Of a stretch of 64,000 nucleotides of DNA, positions 10,438-18,840 are shown piece by piece. The DNA is from Senegalimassilia sp. (GTDB taxonomy: Bacteria; Actinomycetota; Coriobacteriia; Coriobacteriales; CADBOM01). The stretch lies in NCBI GenBank assembly GCA_963661535.1, contig CAVLCC010000003.1, positions 469 to 64,468 on the forward strand, given 5' to 3'. The position numbers were made by a program, and so were the translations under genes. Every line of letters begins with the position of its first letter. Position 1 is the stretch's first letter. The notes under the pieces were generated by a model. That model saw only the letters and a program-made list of their open reading frames with translations, was not told the DNA's origin and did no database searches.

Positions 10438-10719
10438 ATGCCGACATTAACAACAACCGTTGAAGAAGCGAGGGCAAATTTTTCTAAAATAGCAAATGGA
10501 GTTATTGAGACTAATCAGCCAGTGACTGTGCTGCGCAACTCAAAGCCTTGGGTCGTAATTTCACCTGCAGATACTTCACTTGAAGCAGAGATGCCCGTAA
10601 TTGACTGGAACAAAATTGATGTTATAAAGATCGACAAAGAACTAGGACATGCAATTTTGCCTACTTCAGCTGATTATGCTGGCGATGAGGGACTCTATGA
10701 TGACTACATCAGAATTTAA
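10438..10719 (+). CDS. type II antitoxin, Phd/YefM family
   Basis: 93 aa with the N-terminal pattern TVEEARANFSKIANGVIETNQPVTVLRNSKPWVVISP. RBS aaaggagaagg. Overlaps the next gene by 23 nt. Confidence 0.8.
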   Translation: MPTLTTTVEEARANFSKIANGVIETNQPVTVLRNSKPWVVISPADTSLEAEMPVIDWNKIDVIKIDKELGHAILPTSADYAGDEGLYDDYIRI

Positions 10720-11035
10720 AGTTGGACAAATCTGGATTGCCTATGTTTATTTTATCGATTACCCGCAAATTGGAAAAGTTCGTCCTGTTGTTATCGTGAA
10801 TGCAGAAGAAATATTGAGTGTTTCTGTTTGCAGAGTGACCTCACGTGTACTTGCAGATCCTAGTGATATTTTTATTAAAGAATGGCAAAGCTGTGGATTG
10901 GTTAAGCCTTCATATATTCGTCCGGATATTGTATTTGAAATCCCTCGAACAGATATTCTTTCAGACAATCCAATTGGCGAAATAGACAAAAGTACTCTTG
11001 CACAAGTTCTAGAAACTATTAAAACAACGATGTAG
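10697..11035 (+). CDS. type II toxin, MazF/PemK-like endoribonuclease fold
   Basis: GQIWIAYVYF...GKVRPVVIV...VCRVTSR...GLVKPSYIRPDIVFEI matches the PemK pattern. I start at ATG 10697 (MMTTSEF), in frame with the track ORF that begins at 10649. Confidence 0.7.
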   Translation: MMTTSEFKVGQIWIAYVYFIDYPQIGKVRPVVIVNAEEILSVSVCRVTSRVLADPSDIFIKEWQSCGLVKPSYIRPDIVFEIPRTDILSDNPIGEIDKSTLAQVLETIKTTM

Positions 11036-11069
11036 AAATTAAATAATCTATAAGTGAAATAACTAATAG

Positions 11070-11098
11070 TTGACATGTAATGACATTGTCTTTACAAT
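11070..11098 (+). promoter_or_regulatory. sigma-70-type promoter of dinJ-parE with embedded tgacat repeats (likely operator)
   Basis: TTGACA (11070-11075), 17-nt spacer, TACAAT (11093-11098). The spacer carries tgacat-gtaa-tgacat and gacattgtc. Confidence 0.5.
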
Positions 11099-11121
11099 CA
11101 CATTATTTGGAGGTGTTTAAA

Positions 11122-11430
11122 ATGGAAAAAACAGCAACATTAAATTTAAGAATAAATCCTTCACTAAAACAAGATGCAGAAAATATTCTATCAAAACTAG
11201 GAATACCCATGTCTACTGCAGTTAATATGTTTTTAAATCAAGTTGTGCTTACGGAAGGAATTCCTTTTCCTGTAAAATTGACAAACACACTTGACAACAT
11301 TGACATAACAAAAATGGATAGCGAACAATTGCACGATAACATAAAACAAGGTTACGATGACTATAAAGCAGGACGTGTGCAAGATGCAGAAAGTGCATTT
11401 GCTTCGTTTCGCAACAACCATTATCAATAA
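11122..11430 (+). CDS. type II antitoxin, RelB/DinJ family
   Basis: MEKTATLNLRINPSLKQDAENILSKLGIPMSTAVNMFLNQV is the DinJ ribbon-helix-helix pattern. GGAGG lies upstream of ATG 11122 (track start 11080). Confidence 0.85.
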   Translation: MEKTATLNLRINPSLKQDAENILSKLGIPMSTAVNMFLNQVVLTEGIPFPVKLTNTLDNIDITKMDSEQLHDNIKQGYDDYKAGRVQDAESAFASFRNNHYQ

Positions 11431-11432
11431 TC

Positions 11433-11741
11433 ATGTTTGAAGTATATGTCACAAATAAAGCTTTAGGAGACTTAGACTCTATTTATAATTACATTGCGAA
11501 TGTCAAGGAGTCTCCTAAAGACGCAATAAATCAATGTAATCGAATTACAGATGCTATCCTTACACTTAAAGAATTTCCAAATAGATTTGTAAAGTTTACA
11601 ACAGAGCCGGAACATTCAATGGGAATTCATAAAATGATAGTAGATAACTACCTAATATGTTATGTAATTAACTCAAAAACAGTTACAGTTACTAATGTGC
11701 TATACGGCGCATCAGATATCCACAACAGTATAAAATATTAA
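11433..11741 (+). CDS. type II toxin, RelE/ParE family
   Basis: 102 aa starting 2 nt after the dinJ stop. ParE-like pattern (ALGDLDSIYNYI...FPNRF...YLICYVI...VTVTNVLYGASD). Confidence 0.8.
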   Translation: MFEVYVTNKALGDLDSIYNYIANVKESPKDAINQCNRITDAILTLKEFPNRFVKFTTEPEHSMGIHKMIVDNYLICYVINSKTVTVTNVLYGASDIHNSIKY

Positions 11742-11763
11742 TGAAAATGACTTATATAGGATT

Positions 11764-11862
11764 GACAAAGAACTAGGACATGCAATTTTGCCTACTTCAG
11801 CTGATTATGCTGGCGATGAGGGACTCTATGATGACTACGTCAGAAATTGAAGTAGGGCAAAT
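11764..11862 (+). pseudogene. duplicated fragment: phd 3' end plus the first 15 codons of mazF
   Basis: 99 bp matching 10633-10731. The first ~77 bp are identical, then it diverges. Reads ...GLYDDYVRN* and MMTTSEIEVGQIYIN*. Confidence 0.75.
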
Positions 11863-12134
11863 TTATATTAACTAATCTGCAACGCCTCAACATACACAAT
11901 ATGCCCATATGCAGCACTTAGATTTTAACTATGTAGATTTTGTGCTAAACTTTGTAATGAATGTGTGAACTGTGTATTTATGATTATCAGCATACTTTTT
12001 TGTTTTTGCAGATTAAATGCAACAGACCACAATCAAAAATGCGCAAGCACAAAATTTAGGCTTCGCACAAACTAAGAAAATGCAACTTACGGGCGTCAAT
12101 ATATAATTTGACGCATCGATAGATTGGAGAAAAA

Positions 12135-12626
12135 ATGGATACAATGTCGATGCTTCGCTCGGCGTCTACGGTAATGGTCTTTTTTATTGTTGCAATTTGG
12201 ATTCTTACTATTGTTTGGGTTATTAAAGACTCCTCTGCAAGAGGAGTAAGCCCTGCCAAGTGGGGAGCAATCGCGCTTATTCCGTTTCTGGGAGCTATCA
12301 TATATTCGGCTCTTCGTCCACCAATGCTTTTAACAGACAAACAAGAGCAAGAGATTGACTTTATGCTAAGACAACGCGAGCTAATGAAATATGGCGAGTG
12401 CGGAAGATGCTCTTATCCAGTTGAAGATGACTATATTATGTGTCCTAACTGCGGCGCTCAGTTAAAAAATATGTGCCCTAACTGCGGAAAGCCATTAAAA
12501 CCAGAATGGAATGCTTGTCCTTGGTGCTGCACGCGAACACCTCGTGCAGCAAAGAGCAGCAAAGGTCGTCCAACAGGAAGACGCAGTAAGCCACAGCGTC
12601 AGCAACAAAAGCCAGCGGCGCATTAG
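12135..12626 (+). CDS. membrane protein with PLD-nuclease N-terminal (PLDc_N) domain and double zinc ribbon
   Basis: Two TM helices with WVIKDSSARG...PFLGAIIY, then CGRC...CPNCG...CPNCG...CPWC. Basic tail. Confidence 0.7.
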   Translation: MDTMSMLRSASTVMVFFIVAIWILTIVWVIKDSSARGVSPAKWGAIALIPFLGAIIYSALRPPMLLTDKQEQEIDFMLRQRELMKYGECGRCSYPVEDDYIMCPNCGAQLKNMCPNCGKPLKPEWNACPWCCTRTPRAAKSSKGRPTGRRSKPQRQQQKPAAH

Positions 12627-12796
12627 TGAGCTAGGCGCATTAAGCACACTGGTCACACCAACACACTAGCACGAAAGCAAACAAGCACATCAGAAAAACT
12701 AACAGCACATCACACAAACATCTAGTTTATAAAAAACTAACGACACAGAATTTGAGACTTGAACTAAACTTAGACTAGAGTTTATAAACAAAATTC

Positions 12797-12833
12797 GGGT
12801 CGTTCTTGATTAACAAGGGCGACCCTTTAATTT
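12797..12833 (+). terminator. strong hairpin plus U-run in the thrS leader (possible attenuator)
   Basis: gggtcgttcttg (12797-12808) pairs with caagggcgaccc (12814-12825): 12 bp with two G.U. Then tttaattt, ending ~10 nt before the thrS SD (aaaggag). Confidence 0.45.
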
Positions 12834-12855
12834 GCCAAAGGAGTTGTTTTAAAAA

Positions 12856-14766
12856 ATGGGAAATATTAAAGTAGAGCTTCCAGACGGTTCTCAAAAAGAA
12901 CTAAACGAAGGTGCAACTATTGCAGATGTTGCAAAAAGCATAGGAGCAGGGCTTGCAAAAGCTGCTATAGCTGGCAAAATAAACGGCGAGCCGGTAGATC
13001 TTAACAGAGAGGTATCAGATGGGGAAAAGGTCGAGATAATCACCTCTAAATCTCCAGAAGCTCTGGGAATTTTGCGACACTCTACGGCGCACATTATGGC
13101 AGAAGCTGTGCAAGTGCTTTTTCCTGGCGTACAAATTGCATACGGTCCTCAAACCGAGACAGGCTTTTACTACGACTTTTGGCTAGAAGATAAAACAATC
13201 TCCATAAGCGACTTTGAAGCTATCGAGGCACAGATGGCAAAAATCATTGCGGCAGACGAGCCCTTTGTTCGCGAAGTTGTAACACGCGAGGAAGCCAAGA
13301 AGGTTTTTGCTGACCAAAAGTTCAAAGCTGAACACATCGATGATCTCTCAGACAACGAGCCTATCACAATTTATCGCCATGGTAACTTTGTGGATTTATG
13401 TCATGGTCCACATATTCCTAGCGCAGGTGTTATTGGTGCGTTCAAGCTTTCAAAAATTGCAGGTGCTTACTGGAGAGCAGACGCCAACAACGAGCAGCTT
13501 CAGCGTCTATATGGCACAGCATTTTTTAAGAAAAAAGACCTAGAGGAATACCTCCACAATCTAGAAGAAGCTGAGAAACGCGACCACAGAAAAATAGGTC
13601 GCGAAATGGACTTGTTTATGATGCGCGACGAAGCACCAGGCTTTCCATTTTTCTTGCCCAACGGCACAATTTTAAAGAACATGCTTCTAGATTATTGGCG
13701 CGAAATTCACCATAAGGCTGGCTATGTTGAGATATCTACGCCACTTATTATGAGCAAGCATCTTTGGGAGACGTCGGGTCACTGGGATCACTATAAAGAC
13801 AACATGTATTCAACGGTGATTGATGATGAAGACTACTGCGTGAAGCCAATGAACTGTCCTGGAGGCGTGCTTGTCTACGCGTCGCAGCCACACAGTTATC
13901 GCGAACTCCCAATTAGGGCTGGCGAAATAGGTCTAGTACACCGTCACGAAATGCGAGGGGCGCTCCACGGTCTTTTTCGCGTGCGCTGCTTTAATCAAGA
14001 TGATGCGCACTTGTTTGTGCGTCCAGACCAACTAACCGATGAGATCGTAGGCGTAGTTGAACTCATCGACTCTGTCTATCAAAAGTTTGGATTTAAGTAT
14101 CATGTTGAGTTGTCTACACGTCCTGAAGATTCGATGGGCTCAGATGAAGACTGGGAAGCTGCTGAGGCAGGGCTTAAAGCAGCGCTCGACAAACTTGGTA
14201 TGAACTATGCGCTCCATGAGGGTGACGGTGCTTTCTATGGACCTAAGATTGATTTTCACCTAGAAGACTCACTTGGACGCACTTGGCAATGTGGCACTGT
14301 GCAGCTCGACTTCCAAATGCCACAAAACTTTAAGCTCGAGTATACAGACGCAGACGGAAGCAAAAAGCGTCCTATTATGCTCCACCGTGTGTGCTATGGC
14401 TCGATTGAGCGTTTTATAGGCATTTTGATTGAGCATTATGCTGGAAAGTTTCCTGTATGGCTAGCTCCCCTGCAAGTAAAAGTGCTTCCTGTTTCTGAGA
14501 AAAGCTTTGACTATGCGCGCAAAGTTACTGCCGCACTAGACGACGCAGGCGTAAGAGTTGTGTGCGACGAGCGTTCCGAAAAAGTTGGCTACAAAATTAG
14601 AGAAGCAAGAAGCTTTGACCGTGTTCCATATATGCTAATTATTGGCGAAAAGGAAGCCGAGGCTGGCAATATATCAGTTCGCGACAGAACTAACGAGACC
14701 GTGCAAATGGGTCTTGACGAGTTTATAGAAAAGGTCACGACTCAAATTAGAACTCGCGAACAGTAA
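12856..14766 (+). CDS. thrS: threonine--tRNA ligase
   Basis: 636 aa with an N-terminal TGS-like domain, an HST/AHIMA editing-domain motif, the class II core (FHRHE-like HRHEMRGALHGLFRVR) and an anticodon-binding C-terminus. Confidence 0.95.
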   Translation: MGNIKVELPDGSQKELNEGATIADVAKSIGAGLAKAAIAGKINGEPVDLNREVSDGEKVEIITSKSPEALGILRHSTAHIMAEAVQVLFPGVQIAYGPQTETGFYYDFWLEDKTISISDFEAIEAQMAKIIAADEPFVREVVTREEAKKVFADQKFKAEHIDDLSDNEPITIYRHGNFVDLCHGPHIPSAGVIGAFKLSKIAGAYWRADANNEQLQRLYGTAFFKKKDLEEYLHNLEEAEKRDHRKIGREMDLFMMRDEAPGFPFFLPNGTILKNMLLDYWREIHHKAGYVEISTPLIMSKHLWETSGHWDHYKDNMYSTVIDDEDYCVKPMNCPGGVLVYASQPHSYRELPIRAGEIGLVHRHEMRGALHGLFRVRCFNQDDAHLFVRPDQLTDEIVGVVELIDSVYQKFGFKYHVELSTRPEDSMGSDEDWEAAEAGLKAALDKLGMNYALHEGDGAFYGPKIDFHLEDSLGRTWQCGTVQLDFQMPQNFKLEYTDADGSKKRPIMLHRVCYGSIERFIGILIEHYAGKFPVWLAPLQVKVLPVSEKSFDYARKVTAALDDAGVRVVCDERSEKVGYKIREARSFDRVPYMLIIGEKEAEAGNISVRDRTNETVQMGLDEFIEKVTTQIRTREQ

Positions 14767-14830
14767 GGCTTTAGTGGGCTGGTTTACGCATATTTGCGGA
14801 CTTCTATGGCTTTTTGGTTCTTTGCGGTTC

Positions 14831-16612
14831 TTACACAAGAGGCAGGCGAACAGTAAAAGTTGTTCCATCAAATATGTTGCTGTCAACTTCTATTGTTCCG
14901 CCAAAGCCTTCAACAATATTTTTTGCGATAGAAAGTCCTAGACCATACCCTTCGGTTTTGCCTGTGCGAGCTTTGTCTGAGCGATAGAACTTCTCAAAAA
15001 TATGTGGCAAATCGTGTGGAGAAATTGGCTCTCCCCCGTTATTAACGGTGAGGATGCCGTAGGATTTTTCGCGATACAAGCAAACCTTTACATAATTAGC
15101 GCGAGTTGTGAATACGGCGGGAGCAACAAGTCCATTGGGACTTGCAATAAGTGCTCCGGTTTCTTCAGGCGATGGCCGAGAAGCTTTGTCTATATTATAG
15201 TCGCCCACCCCATTCTCAGCAGAATTTGCTCCCTCACTAGCCGCATCAAAATCACCTAGCGAAGGTTTTGCTGCGTCCAAGCCAGCAACGCAAAAGCCAC
15301 CAGAGGATTCCTCCCCCAAACCAGCATTTTCTTTATCTCCAGCACTTGCTGCATACTTGCAAGCGTTATCGAGCAAAACGCGGATCACACGTTCGAGCTT
15401 ATCGGAGTCGGCTCTTACCATAAGACCCTCCTCGATTTGCTCCTCCATTTCAACACCCTTATCAAAAGCCACTGCCTCAAATTGCAGAATATCCATTTCT
15501 ACAATTGAAGAGAAGTCGAGTACCTCAAGCTGCAAATTTGCCCTAAACGTCTGAATATTATCAGGTTCTGTTTGTGCCAACACAAGCAAGTCTTTAACAA
15601 GCCCTTGCATACGCTCTGCCTCTTCGCTCGTGCTCTCAATCCATCGACGCTGCTCCTCCACAGTAGCATCGCTATGCGACAGCACAATATCGTTATTAGC
15701 CAAAATAACAGTAAGGGGAGTTTTTAGCTCATGAGATGCATCTGCAATAAAACGCTGCTGACCGTCCCAAGCTTGGCGCACAGGCTTTAGCGTAAAGCGA
15801 GACAGCCACAAACAAACCAAGAACAAAACACCGAGCGTGCCTGCCCCCACCAAAAGGGAGAAGATTATTCGACCAAATGTATCAGCATGCAGCGTTGTTG
15901 AATCTGCAAATGCAATGCGAACCTCGTTTTTGTATTCACTCACACTATAGAACAGTCCAGCGCTAGTTAGCTCGCCTGAGTTTTGGCCTATCTGTCCAAT
16001 TTCTTCAAGTGCCTGTGTTACCAAATTCGCACTCATATAAGCATTTTTGCTTGCCGCCTTTATGGTTCCATCTGCAGCAATTGACACGCAATATACAGGG
16101 ATTGAAGTATCTGAAGTAGATATATCTTTGCTTATGCCGCTTCCTATAGAAAGTCCTAAGTCTGAGCTGCCAGAATAACTTTTTTCTTCACTTTGAGGTG
16201 TAGTATTTGCATCTAAGTTTTCTGTATTGTCGTTTGTGGAAGGGTCGGATCCATTTGTGTCGACGCTGGAGCCACTACCAGAGCTACTGCTAGAGCTACC
16301 ACTTGAACCGCTGCTAGAGCCGCTACCGCCAGACGACTGCGACCCCTCCGACTGCGACGAACCACTCTTAGAAGACTTTGTGCTCGACGAACTCGAATTT
16401 GAACTTGAACTAATATCGTCATCTAATCCGCCAATTCTTGGAACATTCAAGCCAGAAGGACCTGCAATTAGAGCAGAGTTTAGCGCACTCATCGTGGAGC
16501 GATATTGACTGTTATAACTCGCAACATTAAAAATCAAAAGAACAGTAACCAACACCACAGCCAAAAGCGCCATGGTGGTGCCAACAAAAGTCCACTTAAG
16601 TTTTCTAAACAA
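14831..16612 (-). CDS. sensor histidine kinase
   Basis: Two TM segments flank a Ser-rich extracytoplasmic region. H-box FIADASHELKTPLT. N box LLDNACKY and G boxes GYGLGLSI, with a long insert between them. Confidence 0.85.
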   Translation of the reverse strand: MFRKLKWTFVGTTMALLAVVLVTVLLIFNVASYNSQYRSTMSALNSALIAGPSGLNVPRIGGLDDDISSSSNSSSSSTKSSKSGSSQSEGSQSSGGSGSSSGSSGSSSSSSGSGSSVDTNGSDPSTNDNTENLDANTTPQSEEKSYSGSSDLGLSIGSGISKDISTSDTSIPVYCVSIAADGTIKAASKNAYMSANLVTQALEEIGQIGQNSGELTSAGLFYSVSEYKNEVRIAFADSTTLHADTFGRIIFSLLVGAGTLGVLFLVCLWLSRFTLKPVRQAWDGQQRFIADASHELKTPLTVILANNDIVLSHSDATVEEQRRWIESTSEEAERMQGLVKDLLVLAQTEPDNIQTFRANLQLEVLDFSSIVEMDILQFEAVAFDKGVEMEEQIEEGLMVRADSDKLERVIRVLLDNACKYAASAGDKENAGLGEESSGGFCVAGLDAAKPSLGDFDAASEGANSAENGVGDYNIDKASRPSPEETGALIASPNGLVAPAVFTTRANYVKVCLYREKSYGILTVNNGGEPISPHDLPHIFEKFYRSDKARTGKTEGYGLGLSIAKNIVEGFGGTIEVDSNIFDGTTFTVRLPLV

Positions 16613-16707
16613 GTTAATGAGTCATCAGCCCTCTCGCGCAAAACTAGCCGAGTCAAAAACCAAAAATCCTATCAGGGCTAGCAATGCAAACCAGATATCA
16701 CAAAATA

Positions 16708-17385
16708 CTACTCGGTTTTAACTTGCATGCGATATCCAATCATGCGAAGAGTAACAATCTCAACCTTAGACTTCAAAAACTTCAGCTTTTTGCGCATAAA
16801 TGAAATATAAGCCTCTACGCTATTGTCTGCAACGTCTGCCTCAGTTCCCCAGACTTTTAGCAACATCTGCTCTTTAGAGATTGTTTGTTTGGGGTTGAGC
16901 ATAAAAAGTCTTGCAACTTCAAACTCTTTGTAGCTCAAATGCACCGACTTTTCTCCGCAACTCAAATTGCAAGTGTTTAAGTCAAGCGTGAGGTCTTCAA
17001 AAGTTGCTTCGTCAAGCACAACCTCTCCCTTACGACGTGTAAGTGCCCTTATATTAGCCAAAAGTTCCTCGGGAGAAAAAGGTTTTGTAAGATATGCATC
17101 ACCGCCGCGGTCTAAACCCGTAACTTTATCGGCAACCTGAGACATTGCAGTCAGAAAAATAACCGGTGTAGAAATGTTTGCTTGTCGGATTTCTTTTACA
17201 GCTTCAAATCCGTCTTTGCGCGGCAGCATCACGTCTAGCACAATCATGTCGTACATGTCAGAAACCGCATAATCTACAGCCGATTGCCCGTCATAAACTG
17301 CATCTACATGATATCCAGCGTCGGTTAAAATTTGCTGCAATGCCGCAGAAAGTCTCTTCTCGTCTTCTACAACCAGCACGTTCAT
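16708..17385 (-). CDS. OmpR/PhoB-family response regulator
   Basis: Receiver domain (VLVVEDE...DVMLP...KPF) plus a winged-helix output domain (LSYKEFEVARLFM...GYRM). Confidence 0.9.
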   Translation of the reverse strand: MNVLVVEDEKRLSAALQQILTDAGYHVDAVYDGQSAVDYAVSDMYDMIVLDVMLPRKDGFEAVKEIRQANISTPVIFLTAMSQVADKVTGLDRGGDAYLTKPFSPEELLANIRALTRRKGEVVLDEATFEDLTLDLNTCNLSCGEKSVHLSYKEFEVARLFMLNPKQTISKEQMLLKVWGTEADVADNSVEAYISFMRKKLKFLKSKVEIVTLRMIGYRMQVKTE

Positions 17386-17556
17386 CGTTGCTCGACTCCT
17401 TCCATATAATTATGTCGAGTTATTGAATTATGACACACCAAGACTCAAATTTAGTAATCTACTAAGCGTTGTTGATTTGTCTGAAGTATTTGATTTGTCT
17501 AAAATTCTAAAAAATGAAACTGAAAGAAATGTGAAAAGAGTGCATAAACAATAAAC

Positions 17557-17901
17557 CTAGCCCTTTATCACTGTTGGAATGCCTGCGACTAAGCGCACAA
17601 CTTTGCTTGCACGCTTAGCAAGCTTAACACATAGGCGACCTGTTTGTTCACGTGCATCGCGACCCGCTCGAGTAGCAGGAATTACTCCACTGCCAACTTC
17701 GTCGCAAATAACAACTTCTTTTCTAGCTAGGTCTTCTAGCAAGTTCTCAGCACTCATTGGGTCTTTGGCAACTATGTCTTGCAAGTTATAAACCACTGCC
17801 CTGTCGCCAATTTTTCCATCATCAATTTGTGAGTCGGAATAACCCAGCGACTTCACATAATCAAGCTTTCCGGAACCTGAGCCGCCAATCACTAAAATCA
17901 T
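17557..17901 (-). CDS. truncated CobU-family paralogue (mini-CobU)
   Basis: 114 aa. P-loop GGSGSGK at the N-terminus. The C-terminus (VVICDEVGSGVIP...RLVAGIPTVIKG) aligns with the full-length CobU at 18841-19386, but the central ~60 aa are absent. Its start overlaps the cobS stop (ATGA). Confidence 0.6.
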   Translation of the reverse strand: MILVIGGSGSGKLDYVKSLGYSDSQIDDGKIGDRAVVYNLQDIVAKDPMSAENLLEDLARKEVVICDEVGSGVIPATRAGRDAREQTGRLCVKLAKRASKVVRLVAGIPTVIKG

Positions 17902-18683
17902 AATCCTATAGCCTCCACAAGAGCCACAACAGCAATAAGAGCAATCTCTAAAATTTGAAGATAAAATCCCGAAAGATCCCCGCTCATTCCACCAAATTGA
18001 CGCTTTGACATAACATATAAATATAAAGAGATTATAAGCGTTACTCCAACAAAAAGCGTTGCGGCAAACCAGCCCAAAAATACATACGCATATGCTATAG
18101 CTGCTGCCAACAAAATAAACAAAATGATTAAAGCACCCTTTTTATTTGCAGACCCCCTAAAAGTGCTAAGCAGCCCTTCGGTGGAACTTCCTGGATATAA
18201 AATGCTAACAATGCCGCTCATAATGCGAACCCATACTGGAATAAGGCAAACCAACATGGTTGTGTATATCCAATCATAACCTGTGTATTTTAGCTGTGCG
18301 GCAATTGCAAAATAACAAATTAGATATGCGCTTATTCCAATTCCTGCAAATGCGCCGATGTTTGAGTCTTTTAGAATTGCACGCTTTTTTTCTTGAGAAG
18401 CGTGGCTCGAGAGCGCATCTACTGTGTCAGCAAACCCATCAATGTGGATACCCCCTGTTATAACAAGCGGAATTATCATAGTAACTAGTGCCATTATCAA
18501 GCGATCAATTTGCAAGAGAGACGCTAGAAAAAACCAAACGCCAAGCAGCAGGGCAATCACAACTCCAATTAGCGGAAAAGCCGCTAGTGTATAGCGCATA
18601 CTTCGTTCACTCCAGTCTATATAAGGCATCTTTATTGTAGAAAACATCGAAAATGCCCTAATTATTGACCTTATTAGCGTCAT
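17898..18683 (-). CDS. cobS: adenosylcobinamide-GDP ribazoletransferase (cobalamin synthase)
   Basis: 261-aa polytopic membrane protein with the CobS motif GGIHIDGFADTVDAL. Confidence 0.85.
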   Translation of the reverse strand: MTLIRSIIRAFSMFSTIKMPYIDWSERSMRYTLAAFPLIGVVIALLLGVWFFLASLLQIDRLIMALVTMIIPLVITGGIHIDGFADTVDALSSHASQEKKRAILKDSNIGAFAGIGISAYLICYFAIAAQLKYTGYDWIYTTMLVCLIPVWVRIMSGIVSILYPGSSTEGLLSTFRGSANKKGALIILFILLAAAIAYAYVFLGWFAATLFVGVTLIISLYLYVMSKRQFGGMSGDLSGFYLQILEIALIAVVALVEAIGL

Positions 18684-18840
18684 ATTTTTTCTCCTACACT
18701 TTAAGTTAAATCAAATAGTTATGTGTTGCTGTATGTGCATGCTCACGCCGCGCTATTTTAGCAATACGTTGCACGCTCCCAACGATGGGGGTTTGTTTGC
18801 TTTCAGCAATAAGCTTTACGCGCACTCCCAGCCATCGCTA

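Noticed and set aside
12627-12855. A T-box riboswitch upstream of thrS.
   Set aside because: I could not find the conserved T-box 14-mer, the AGAGA/AGUA stem I elements, or a specifier-loop context. The region is kept only as an unclassified leader finding.
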